Shown: in pieces, positions 1 through 6,915 of the stretch
How the letters are laid out: each line of letters starts with the position of its first letter
Numbering within the stretch: the first letter of the stretch is position 1
Origin: Candidatus Iainarchaeum sp.
Lineage (GTDB): Archaea; Iainarchaeota; Iainarchaeia; Iainarchaeales; JAAZKV01
NCBI GenBank assembly: GCA_018651445.1
Contig: JABIDZ010000089.1
Location: forward strand, 1-32,121
Length of the DNA stretch: 32,121 nucleotides
Direction: 5' to 3'
Notes under the pieces: generated by a model
The model's database searches: none
Told to the model about the DNA's origin: nothing
The model's input: the letters and a program-made list of their open reading frames with translations, nothing else
Position numbers and translations under genes: made by a program

Positions 1-230
1 CCTATTTGATAATACGCTAAAGGATCAGGATTTGGTACGGAACCAGTTGTTACGATGTCTTCTACTAACCTTGCGTGGTAATATGCATCGGGTTCAAATA
101 AATAGTTTCCTTCGTATCTAACGATGTTAGATCTAATGCTCATTGCGAATAAAAATAAAACTATTAGGATGAGAATCATCTTTTTGTTTTCCCAAACCTT
201 TGTTTTAACATTTTTTAAATCAAATTCCAT
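1..230 (-). CDS. N-terminal part of a GT-C glycosyltransferase resembling archaeal oligosaccharyltransferase AglB/STT3 (CDS runs off the window start)
   Basis: ATG at 230-228 (minus). Hand translation: MEFDLKNVKTKVWENKKMILILIVLFLFAMSIRSNIVRYEGNYLFEPDAYYHARLVEDIVTTGSVPNPDPLAYYQIG. This is one TM helix followed by an EPDAYYHxR motif like the first-loop DxD/YYH motif of STT3/AglB-type enzymes. It is absent from the ORF track because there is no stop codon inside the window. Confidence 0.4.
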   Translation of the reverse strand, partial: MEFDLKNVKTKVWENKKMILILIVLFLFAMSIRSNIVRYEGNYLFEPDAYYHARLVEDIVTTGSVPNPDPLAYYQI

Positions 231-341
231 TTCATCACAACGAGAATAATATTAAACTAATATACAAAATAAATACACAATTATTAAAAAGAGTTCTTTT
301 AGGAGAAAAAATTAGCTTAGTTCTCCTAAACAATCCTCATA

Positions 342-370
342 ATTTACTCTTCTACTTTAATGCATTGTGT
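342..370. repeat. Direct repeat copy 1: orphan duplicate of the last 8 codons plus stop of the ferredoxin gene
   Basis: atttactcttctactttaatgcattgtgt matches 478..506 at 28/29 positions, with a perfect 23-nt core. On the minus strand it reads TQCIKVEE-stop. The upstream frame closes after a few codons, so it is not a gene. Confidence 0.85.
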
Positions 371-477
371 CGCGCTCCTTTCGCCGAGTCTAGCAAAACA
401 AGTTTTGCGTGATGCATGAAAACTCTGGTTTCATTAGCACGGGAGCGATGTATGCCATCACGATGTGATGACATTGT
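371..477. other. 107-nt GC-enriched, hairpin-dense spacer between the two repeat copies (possible small structured RNA or element remnant)
   Basis: My count is 51 G+C in 107 nt, against roughly one third for the window. Local hairpins: gcaaaac/gttttgc (393..408), atgaaa/tttcat (417..435) and gccatca/tgatgac (454..472). A long-range pairing cgctcc/ggagcg (373..378 with 442..447) is also possible. Confidence 0.3.
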
Positions 478-506
478 ATTTATTCTTCTACTTTAATGCA
501 TTGTGT
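478..506. repeat. Direct repeat copy 2 (the functional 3' end of the ferredoxin CDS)
   Basis: atttattcttctactttaatgcattgtgt. It includes the stop codon at 480..482 and the last 8 codons of the ferredoxin. Confidence 0.85.
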
Positions 507-692
507 TGGACATGAATTTGCAGCGTCTTTGCTAGCGCCAACGGCGTCAACGTCTTTTGTTGCGATGCCAGAGCTTTCAGTTCCGCCTTTTAGTACTGCT
601 TTGTCGCCATTCATTTCCCAGTTAGTAGGGTCAAGCGCAGCGCAAGCTCCACAGCCAATACATTTTTCGATTTCTTGAATAATCTTAACCAT
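480..692 (-). CDS. Small [4Fe-4S] ferredoxin
   Basis: CIGCGAC...CP cluster motif in a ~70 aa acidic protein. ATG at 692 is preceded by the SD-like aaggtga; the ORF-track start at 701 is an upstream in-frame GTG. Confidence 0.8.
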   Translation of the reverse strand: MVKIIQEIEKCIGCGACAALDPTNWEMNGDKAVLKGGTESSGIATKDVDAVGASKDAANSCPTQCIKVEE

Positions 693-738
693 TGTTATCA
701 CCTTAGAAAAATAACTATTATTCCTTTTAAAAAGTTAA

Positions 739-1632
739 TCATTTCATTGATTCTTCTAAAACTTCTTTTTCAGAGATTTGATAACACCCTGGAAAACCAA
801 CTGCAATTCCTGCCGCGTCATTTGCAAGTTTAATTGATTCTTTTAGCGAAAAACCTTTGTTGTAGAAATGTGTCAAAACAGCGATGACTGTGTCGCCTGC
901 GCCAGTTACATCAAAAACTTTTTTTGCGTTTGCGTCAATATCGAATCGTTCACCACAAGTTCCAAAAAAGCTTACCCCGTTTGCGCCTTTTTTTAGGAGT
1001 ACATTTGTTTTTAGTTGATTAACTAGTATTTTGCCTGCTTTCAACCAGTCTTTTTCGCGAGTCATTTCAATAGCTTCTATAAGATTGGGGGTTATGAGGA
1101 AAAGATCGTTGTAAAACGTTGTGTGAGCTGGTTTTGGGTCAACAAGAATAGTATTCCCCTTGTCTTTTAATTTAGAAACAAGCTCTTTTGAAATAACTCC
1201 TTTATTGTAATCCGAAATAATAATTAAATCATCTGCTTTGACTGAGTTAAGTATCTCCAAAACATGTTTTTCGCGAATATACTCTTTTTTTTCAGTGTCT
1301 TTTCGAAAAAAATATTCTCCGCTTGTTTTTGAAAGAATTCTTTCTTTAATTATCGTGCTTCTTTCTTCGTCTTCAATTAAGTCAAAATCAATGTTTGATT
1401 TTTTTAGAATTGTTTTGATTTTGTCTGCACTCTCGTCTTTTCCAACAACACTAATTAATTTAACTTTTGATCCAAGCGATTCTAGATTTGCAGCAACATT
1501 CCCTGCGCCACCGATTTTTAGATTCGTTTCAATCACGGTAAAACAAGGCGCGTTACTCTCAGGATTTTCTCTATGAACACAAAAATCATATTTGTCGAGT
1601 AGTACATCCCCGATAACAAGTATCCGTTTCAT
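739..1632 (-). CDS. PfkB-family carbohydrate kinase (RfaE/HldE domain-I-like heptose-phosphate/sugar kinase)
   Basis: N-terminal ILVIGDVLLDKY, GGAGNVA, and a C-terminal DVTGAGDT motif typical of ribokinase/PfkB-fold kinases. The specific sugar substrate cannot be told from sequence. Confidence 0.75.
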   Translation of the reverse strand: MKRILVIGDVLLDKYDFCVHRENPESNAPCFTVIETNLKIGGAGNVAANLESLGSKVKLISVVGKDESADKIKTILKKSNIDFDLIEDEERSTIIKERILSKTSGEYFFRKDTEKKEYIREKHVLEILNSVKADDLIIISDYNKGVISKELVSKLKDKGNTILVDPKPAHTTFYNDLFLITPNLIEAIEMTREKDWLKAGKILVNQLKTNVLLKKGANGVSFFGTCGERFDIDANAKKVFDVTGAGDTVIAVLTHFYNKGFSLKESIKLANDAAGIAVGFPGCYQISEKEVLEESMK

Positions 1633-1674
1633 TATGGACTAATCTTGTACGCAAATAAAAATAACTTGGTGCAA

Positions 1675-1953
1675 TCATTCTTTTGAAATTTCTTTTGCTA
1701 AAAGTGTAGCTAAGAAATAATTCCATGCAAGATTTATCGTGTTGATAACTGTGAGTGATAATCCACTGTTAACATTTATCGTTCCGCTTAGCAAAATTGT
1801 TGCAGGATTTAAAATGAAATGAATGAACCCTTGTAGTATTTGTGTGGGCACATAAGGTAATATTACGAATAAGTATAATTGTGCTACAAAGAACACTAAG
1901 AAGAACCAACCGATTTTTTTCCAGCTTGGAGCAAAAAAACTTTTCAAATCCAT
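1675..1953 (-). CDS. Small hydrophobic membrane protein, unknown function
   Basis: 92-aa ORF with 2-3 hydrophobic helices, same strand as the kinase. No recognisable motif. Confidence 0.4.
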   Translation of the reverse strand: MDLKSFFAPSWKKIGWFFLVFFVAQLYLFVILPYVPTQILQGFIHFILNPATILLSGTINVNSGLSLTVINTINLAWNYFLATLLAKEISKE

Positions 1954-2029
1954 AGTAAAACCAACTATTCCAAAGAATAAAAAACTTTTGAAATAGAAGA
2001 AAAGAGCTTAATTAGAATAAATACAAAAA

Positions 2030-2147
2030 GTGAAGCAGCTTTCGGCAGGTTCCACTACAAAGAGCAGTACCAAACCATTCCCAACGAGACTTAACTTCCG
2101 GGTTCGGAATGGGTCCGGGTGTTACCCTCGTGGCATGGCCGCTTCGT
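2030..2147 (-). rRNA. rrf: 5S ribosomal RNA (stand-alone)
   Basis: Minus strand reads GAAGCGGCCAUGCCACGAGGGUAACACCCGGACCCAUUCCGAACCCGGAAGUUAAGUC...GCUGCUUC. It has the conserved CCGAAC..GGAAGUUAAG core, the terminal helix pairs (2032..2039 with 2138..2145), and it is a GC-rich island. Ends are good to about 3 nt. Confidence 0.9.
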
Positions 2148-2163
2148 ATATATTGCCTATCTG

Positions 2164-2179
2164 AAGCTTTATAAAGCTT
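2164..2179. promoter_or_regulatory. Perfect 16-bp palindromic TATA element AAGCTTTATAAAGCTT in a divergent promoter region
   Basis: The centre lies ~25 nt upstream of the 5S rRNA 5' end (minus strand). It is also suitably placed for a plus-strand start ahead of the radical SAM gene (ATG 2256). Confidence 0.5.
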
Positions 2180-2255
2180 ACTTTCACCTCTTTCGCTAAG
2201 AAAGCAAATACTTAAATTGATTTGATTAGTTCTTTTCTGTAGGAGTTTGTGTTAA

Positions 2256-3722
2256 ATGAAAATTGCTTTTATTGAACCTGCGATTGCTAATGTTGAACCA
2301 TTAGGGATTGCGTATCTAGCCCAAATGCTAATTGATGCAGGGCACAAAGTAAAGTATTTTGAGTCGCCAAGAAAAGGTTTTTTAGAACGGTTAAAAGACT
2401 TCAATCCAGATGTGCTAGCATATAGTATTGCAACAGGAAAGCATCGTTTGTGCAGAGAACTTAACTCTGCGCTTAGAAAAAAAATGAATGCATTTTCTAT
2501 TTTTGGCGGGCCTCATTGTACATTCTACCCTGAATTCATTGAGAGCGACAAATACATTGACGGGGTTTGTATTGGAGAAGGAGAGTTTGCGATAGTAGAA
2601 CTAGTAAACGCATTGGAAGCTAAAAAAAAGTTTACGAATATACAAAATTGGTGGATTAGATACAAAGGGGAGATTTACAAGAACCCTACAAGACACAAGT
2701 TTGAAGATTTAGATGCACTCCCATATCCGAATAGAGATATTATTTACGCAGAAAACAAGGATTTGAGTAAGAGCCCGATAAAAAGAATCATGGCTTCTCG
2801 CGGTTGCCCCTATAATTGTTCATATTGTTTTAATCAAAAATATAATTTGCTTTACAAAGGAAAAGGAAAAATAAGTTGTCATCGTTCTCCAAAAAACATT
2901 GTAGGTGAACTAAAACAAATAAAGAAAAAATATCCATTTACTTTTCTAAAAATTGTTGATGATACTTTCGGGATTAGTATGGATTACGATGAGTTTGCAA
3001 GACTATACAAAAAAGAAATAGACGTTCCTTTTTTGTGTAATGCCCGCGCTAATTTGTTAAATGAAAGCAAAATAAAATATCTAAAAGAAGCTGGTTGCGT
3101 AGCAGTAACTTTAGCTATAGAATCGGGTAATGAGTTTATACGAAACAAGGTTTTGAATAGAGGTTTGTCATACGAAATCATGAGTAATGCAATTAATCTG
3201 TTAAAAGACAATGGTTTGAGAGTTTGGACACAAAACATAATTGGTAGTCCTGGTGAAACATTTGAAATGGCGCTTGAAACATTTAAGTTTAATATTAAAC
3301 ACAAAATAGATTTTGCAGAGTGCTTTGTTCTAACTCCTTTTTTTGGAACAGCCGTATACGAGTATTGTGTGAAAAACAATTATTTAGAAAAAGGAACAGA
3401 CATCGACAAAATGTCACAGTCGTATTGGCTAGGTTCCTGCATAAAGTTTAAGTCTTTAGAAGAAAAAAATAAATTCATAAATTTCCACAAGTTTTTTGGC
3501 TTTGGAGTAAAGCACCCATGGGCTTTGTCAATAATAAAACAATTGATTAAGTTGCCTCCAAACACGTTGTTTGTTTTATTTAATCGTTTTTATGACGCGT
3601 GGAGAATTAGTAGAGTAATTCGTGCAAAATTCACTCCATTAAACTTTTTAACAACCGTAAAAGTTAACGTAAAGTTTATTTTGAGTTATTTTGTGAAAAC
3701 AGATAAATATTCTAAACTTTAA
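2256..3722 (+). CDS. B12-binding domain radical SAM protein (class B rSAM)
   Basis: N-terminal Rossmann-like IAFIEP..PLGIAYLAQMLIDAGHKV (cobalamin-binding domain style). Radical SAM CxxxCxxC appears as SRGCPYNCSYCFN. SD aggag precedes the ATG. Confidence 0.85.
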   Translation: MKIAFIEPAIANVEPLGIAYLAQMLIDAGHKVKYFESPRKGFLERLKDFNPDVLAYSIATGKHRLCRELNSALRKKMNAFSIFGGPHCTFYPEFIESDKYIDGVCIGEGEFAIVELVNALEAKKKFTNIQNWWIRYKGEIYKNPTRHKFEDLDALPYPNRDIIYAENKDLSKSPIKRIMASRGCPYNCSYCFNQKYNLLYKGKGKISCHRSPKNIVGELKQIKKKYPFTFLKIVDDTFGISMDYDEFARLYKKEIDVPFLCNARANLLNESKIKYLKEAGCVAVTLAIESGNEFIRNKVLNRGLSYEIMSNAINLLKDNGLRVWTQNIIGSPGETFEMALETFKFNIKHKIDFAECFVLTPFFGTAVYEYCVKNNYLEKGTDIDKMSQSYWLGSCIKFKSLEEKNKFINFHKFFGFGVKHPWALSIIKQLIKLPPNTLFVLFNRFYDAWRISRVIRAKFTPLNFLTTVKVNVKFILSYFVKTDKYSKL

Positions 3723-3786
3723 TTTCGTTGATTTTAAAAATTATTTTTAGCAAAAGAATTAAAAGAGCGTAATACTTATTATTTGA

Positions 3787-4200
3787 ATGAAAAAGATAAT
3801 TATTTTATTTTTAGCTTTACTAGTATTAGTTTCTCTTGGGTGTACACAAACTACCCCGGCCCAAACAAGTGAAGCACCAAGCGAAATGCAAGTAGCACTT
3901 ACAATAAATGTTTTTGATGGATCTGGAGAAAATATTTTTACGAAAAACCAAAACGTGTTAGAAGGAACAAATGCTTTTGAAGCAATGAAAACTATTATGG
4001 GTGACGACTTAGAATTTGAAATGTATTCTTTTGGCCCATTTATTAAAAAGATTGTTGGTGTTGAGCCGTCTACAACTAGTTATTGGGCGTTATATGTAAA
4101 TGGCGAGTTTGCGTCAAAAGGAATTTCTGATTATGTTATAGATGCAGACACGCTTATTGAATGGAAGTTAGACGAAATAGATCTTAGTTCTATGGAATAA
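3787..4200 (+). CDS. Secreted/lipobox-type DUF4430 (transcobalamin-like C-terminal domain) protein
   Basis: Signal peptide ending LVSLGC. The C-terminal part SYWALYVNGEFASKGISDYVIDADTLIEWKL matches the usual DUF4430 pattern (W.y.vNg......g...y.l.dgD.i.w.y). Confidence 0.7.
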   Translation: MKKIIILFLALLVLVSLGCTQTTPAQTSEAPSEMQVALTINVFDGSGENIFTKNQNVLEGTNAFEAMKTIMGDDLEFEMYSFGPFIKKIVGVEPSTTSYWALYVNGEFASKGISDYVIDADTLIEWKLDEIDLSSME

Positions 4201-4233
4201 CTATAGTTATTTGTTTTTTAAAAATAATAAACT

Positions 4234-4256
4234 GGTTCACAAGTTGCCTTGTGACC
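4234..4256. terminator. Hairpin between convergent genes (possible bidirectional terminator)
   Basis: ggttcacaag ttgc cttgtgacc gives a 7-9 bp stem with one bulge, flanked by T/A runs. It lies between the stops at 4200 (+) and 4270 (-). Confidence 0.35.
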
Positions 4257-4269
4257 AATTAGAATAGAG

Positions 4270-4884
4270 TTATTTTTTAGTTGTTTTTTTAGTTGTTTTC
4301 TTAGTTGTTTTTTTCTTTACAGGTTTGTTCTTTTTTGCACTAGTTTTTGCAGCAACCATTTCTTCAACTATTTTCAGTCCTTTTCGCAAGTGAGTCTCTT
4401 TTTTTGCTCCCGCACAAATCATCTTTCCGTTTTTAAATAACAAGAAAGTTAGTTTTGGCTCGTCAAGTCTAAGAATAGCTCCGGGGAATTGTTCAGGTTC
4501 GTACTCAACATTATCTAAGTTCATTGCTACTTCGAATAAATCTAGGTTCATATCTAGTGAAGCTGTTGCAACAAAGTTAACGATTTCAAAAGGAACATTT
4601 CGCTTAACCTTAATGTCTTTTTGTATTTCGCTAATCATTTTGTTTGCTCTACGAATACCTTGTTCAATTTGTTTTTCGTTACTAGCTCCAGAACAGATTA
4701 TTTTACCGTTTTTGAATAACAACATTGAAACCTTTGGTTCTTTGATTTTTAATATTGCTCCTGGGAATTGTTCCGGCTCATATTCGATATTTGGTATCCC
4801 TACGGCAAGTGAATACAAATCTAACATTTGATCCAAAGACGCCGATGCGACCATATTAACAACAGTATATTTCAAAATTAACAC
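4270..4884 (-). CDS. tbp: TATA-box binding protein with Lys/Thr-rich basic C-terminal tail
   Basis: Two internal TBP repeats (VVNMVASASLDQMLDL...FPGAILKI...LLFKNGKIICSGA and IVNFVATASLDMNLDL...FPGAILRL...LLFKNGKMICAGA). GTG start at 4884 lies ~24 nt from the TATA at 4904..4913, so the mRNA looks leaderless. Confidence 0.9.
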   Translation of the reverse strand: MLILKYTVVNMVASASLDQMLDLYSLAVGIPNIEYEPEQFPGAILKIKEPKVSMLLFKNGKIICSGASNEKQIEQGIRRANKMISEIQKDIKVKRNVPFEIVNFVATASLDMNLDLFEVAMNLDNVEYEPEQFPGAILRLDEPKLTFLLFKNGKMICAGAKKETHLRKGLKIVEEMVAAKTSAKKNKPVKKKTTKKTTKKTTKK

Positions 4885-4903
4885 CCCTTTCGAACAAAAA
4901 ATC

Positions 4904-4913
4904 CTTTATAAAG
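4904..4913 (-). promoter_or_regulatory. TATA box (CTTTATAAAG) for tbp
   Basis: Palindromic TATA ~24 nt upstream of the tbp start. Two further TATA-like copies (4945..4954, 4958..4969) face the plus-strand DUF1003 gene. Confidence 0.45.
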
Positions 4914-5039
4914 GCCTTGTTCTAATTTAAAAAGGATACGCAACGTTTATAAAGACGCCTTTATAAATGAAAATTTGTCCAATTTTACGGGAAAAACGCT
5001 TGCAAAAAGAATTATATACTTGTTAACATTCTTTATTTC

Positions 5040-5543
5040 ATGTCAACCAATAATTCGAATGGAAGTTCTAATAACAAAGCTGAGAGTAAACAACCAACAT
5101 TGCGATCAAAAAAAGCTTCGAATGGACAAAAAGCAGCTAGCTGGTTAGCTAAGTGGGCAGGTTCATGGGCATTCTTGAGTATATTTATTTTGTTCTTAGT
5201 TATTTGGGCAATTCTTAACACCGCATTTGTGTTGTTTGGGGTATGGGATCAATACCCTTTCATCTTACTAAATCTGTTCTTGTCGTGTATTGCTGCAGTG
5301 CAAGCACCAATAATATTGATGTCTCAAAACAGACAAACCGATATTGATAGACACCGTGCAGAATATGATTACTTGGTTAATCGTCGTGCTGAGAGAGAGA
5401 TTAAGCAATTACAAATTGATGTTCTAGAGATAAAAGAATCTGTGTTAAAACAATCTACTAAATCGCAAACACAGAATTTACGAGAAGAAGTTAAGAAGAT
5501 TCAAGGCGAATTAAACAAAATCGAACACAAGATAAAAAAATAA
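5040..5543 (+). CDS. DUF1003 family membrane protein
   Basis: Two TM helices followed by PFILLNLFLSCIAAVQAPIILMSQNRQ..DR..AE.DY..N..AE.EI, which is the DUF1003 signature as I recall it, then a coiled-coil tail. Confidence 0.7.
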   Translation: MSTNNSNGSSNNKAESKQPTLRSKKASNGQKAASWLAKWAGSWAFLSIFILFLVIWAILNTAFVLFGVWDQYPFILLNLFLSCIAAVQAPIILMSQNRQTDIDRHRAEYDYLVNRRAEREIKQLQIDVLEIKESVLKQSTKSQTQNLREEVKKIQGELNKIEHKIKK

Positions 5544-5692
5544 CTTTTTCGAGAAAGAAAGTGATTATTTTACCTTTTTGCTTGTTTTATTATTAAATCT
5601 TTTGTTTTTCACAAGATTTTGAAGAATAACCTTTTAAACAATTTTATGAGGAAATCATTTATTACCTGTAAAAAATTTGGAGGGTGTGATTA

Positions 5693-6853
5693 ATGGACCA
5701 TATAGTTAGAAATGCAATTGCAAGAGCACAGGCTGTTCCAAAGCCAAGAACAATAAAGAAAACATCTAAAACTGCTAAAAGAGCAAGAACAACTAAGAGA
5801 AAAAGTGTAAGAAAAGTAACACACTCTGATGAAGATTTAGTAACAATGCTTGAAACTAATCAAGCAAAGATTGTTGTAGTTGGTTGTGGTGGTGGCGGTT
5901 GTAACACTATCGAACGAATGAACGAAGTAGGAATAAAAGGAGCGAATACTTTCGCTGTTAACACTGACGCACAAGACTTATTGACTACGCGTGCAGATAA
6001 AAAACTTTTAATTGGACAAAAATTAACTCGTGGTCTTGGTTCAGGATCAGATCCACAAATAGGTGAGAGTGCAGCAAAAGAAAGCGGTGAAGAACTAAAA
6101 GACTCTCTAAGCGCTTCTGACTTAGTGTTTATCACTTGTGGTTTAGGTGGAGGAACCGGAACTGGTTCAGCACCCGTTGTAGCAGAAATTGCTAAAAATG
6201 TAAAAGCTTTGACAGTTGCAGTAGTAACATTACCATTCACTGTTGAAGGAAGAAAAAGAATGGAAAACGCAATGTATGGTCTTGAAAGATTACAAGAATA
6301 TACCGACACTATAATTGTGATTCCAAACGACAAGATTTTGGAAATCGCTCCGGATCTACCAATTAACGCAGCTTTCAAAGTTGCAGACGAAGTTTTAACT
6401 AACGCAGTAAAAGGAATTACTGAAATGGTTACTAAACCAGGTTTGATTAATCTAGACTTTGCCGACTTAAGAACAATTTTGTCTCGAGGTGGAGCAGCAA
6501 TGATTGGTCTTGGAGAAAGTTCTCGAGGAGAATCTAGCGAATCACGCGCACTTGAATCAGTTGAAAATGCTTTGACTTCTCCATTACTTGATGTAGATAT
6601 TTCAAACGCTACAAGAGCATTAGTAAATGTTACTGGTGGAAGCGACATGACTTTAAGAGAAGCGGAAATGATTGTTGAAACAGTTTCAACAAAAATCCAT
6701 GGTGCAAGCCACATTATTTGGGGTGCGATGGTTGACGAAGGTTTACCTAAAAACCAAATCCAAGCAATGGTTGTAATCGCGGGCGGAAAATTTCCTTACC
6801 TTGAAGACACAAACTCTGCTGGAGAAATCGATTTAGGAATCGAGTTCACATAA
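5693..6853 (+). CDS. ftsZ: Cell division GTPase FtsZ (with ~55 aa basic N-terminal extension)
   Basis: GCGGGGCN, tubulin signature GLGGGTGTGSAPVVAE, NTDAQ. Strong SD ggagggtg precedes the ATG. Confidence 0.92.
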   Translation: MDHIVRNAIARAQAVPKPRTIKKTSKTAKRARTTKRKSVRKVTHSDEDLVTMLETNQAKIVVVGCGGGGCNTIERMNEVGIKGANTFAVNTDAQDLLTTRADKKLLIGQKLTRGLGSGSDPQIGESAAKESGEELKDSLSASDLVFITCGLGGGTGTGSAPVVAEIAKNVKALTVAVVTLPFTVEGRKRMENAMYGLERLQEYTDTIIVIPNDKILEIAPDLPINAAFKVADEVLTNAVKGITEMVTKPGLINLDFADLRTILSRGGAAMIGLGESSRGESSESRALESVENALTSPLLDVDISNATRALVNVTGGSDMTLREAEMIVETVSTKIHGASHIIWGAMVDEGLPKNQIQAMVVIAGGKFPYLEDTNSAGEIDLGIEFT

Positions 6854-6879
6854 AGCAAACACAAATAAACTATTTTGAA

Positions 6880-6908
6880 ATTAGGAATTAATTTTCCTAA
6901 TTTTTTTC
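6880..6908. terminator. Hairpin plus T-run between convergent ftsZ and the surface protein gene
   Basis: attaggaa ttaatt ttcctaat is a perfect 8-bp stem, followed by ttttttt on the plus strand and preceded by an A/T-rich run for the minus strand. Confidence 0.5.
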
Positions 6909-6915
6909 TATTTTT

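Noticed and set aside
371-477. C/D-box sRNA in the ferredoxin insert (GUGAUGA at 465..471, GUGAUGC at 409..415), or a 75-nt tRNA-like fold closed by cgctcc/ggagcg
   Set aside because: No CUGA D or D' boxes at appropriate spacing on either strand. No T-loop or anticodon-loop features.
5860-6714. 284-aa antisense ORF inside ftsZ. Similar long antisense or alternate-frame ORFs lie inside the surface protein (7943..8682), P0 (13334..13762, 13449..13691, 13453..13668), the SMC-like gene (17932..19983) and the HerA-like gene (23136..25850).
   Set aside because: They overlap confidently identified genes. Their translations are low-complexity mirror products: poly-Ser or Phe opposite Glu/Lys codons, and Cys/Val/Leu opposite Thr/Gln repeats. 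None has motifs or start signals.
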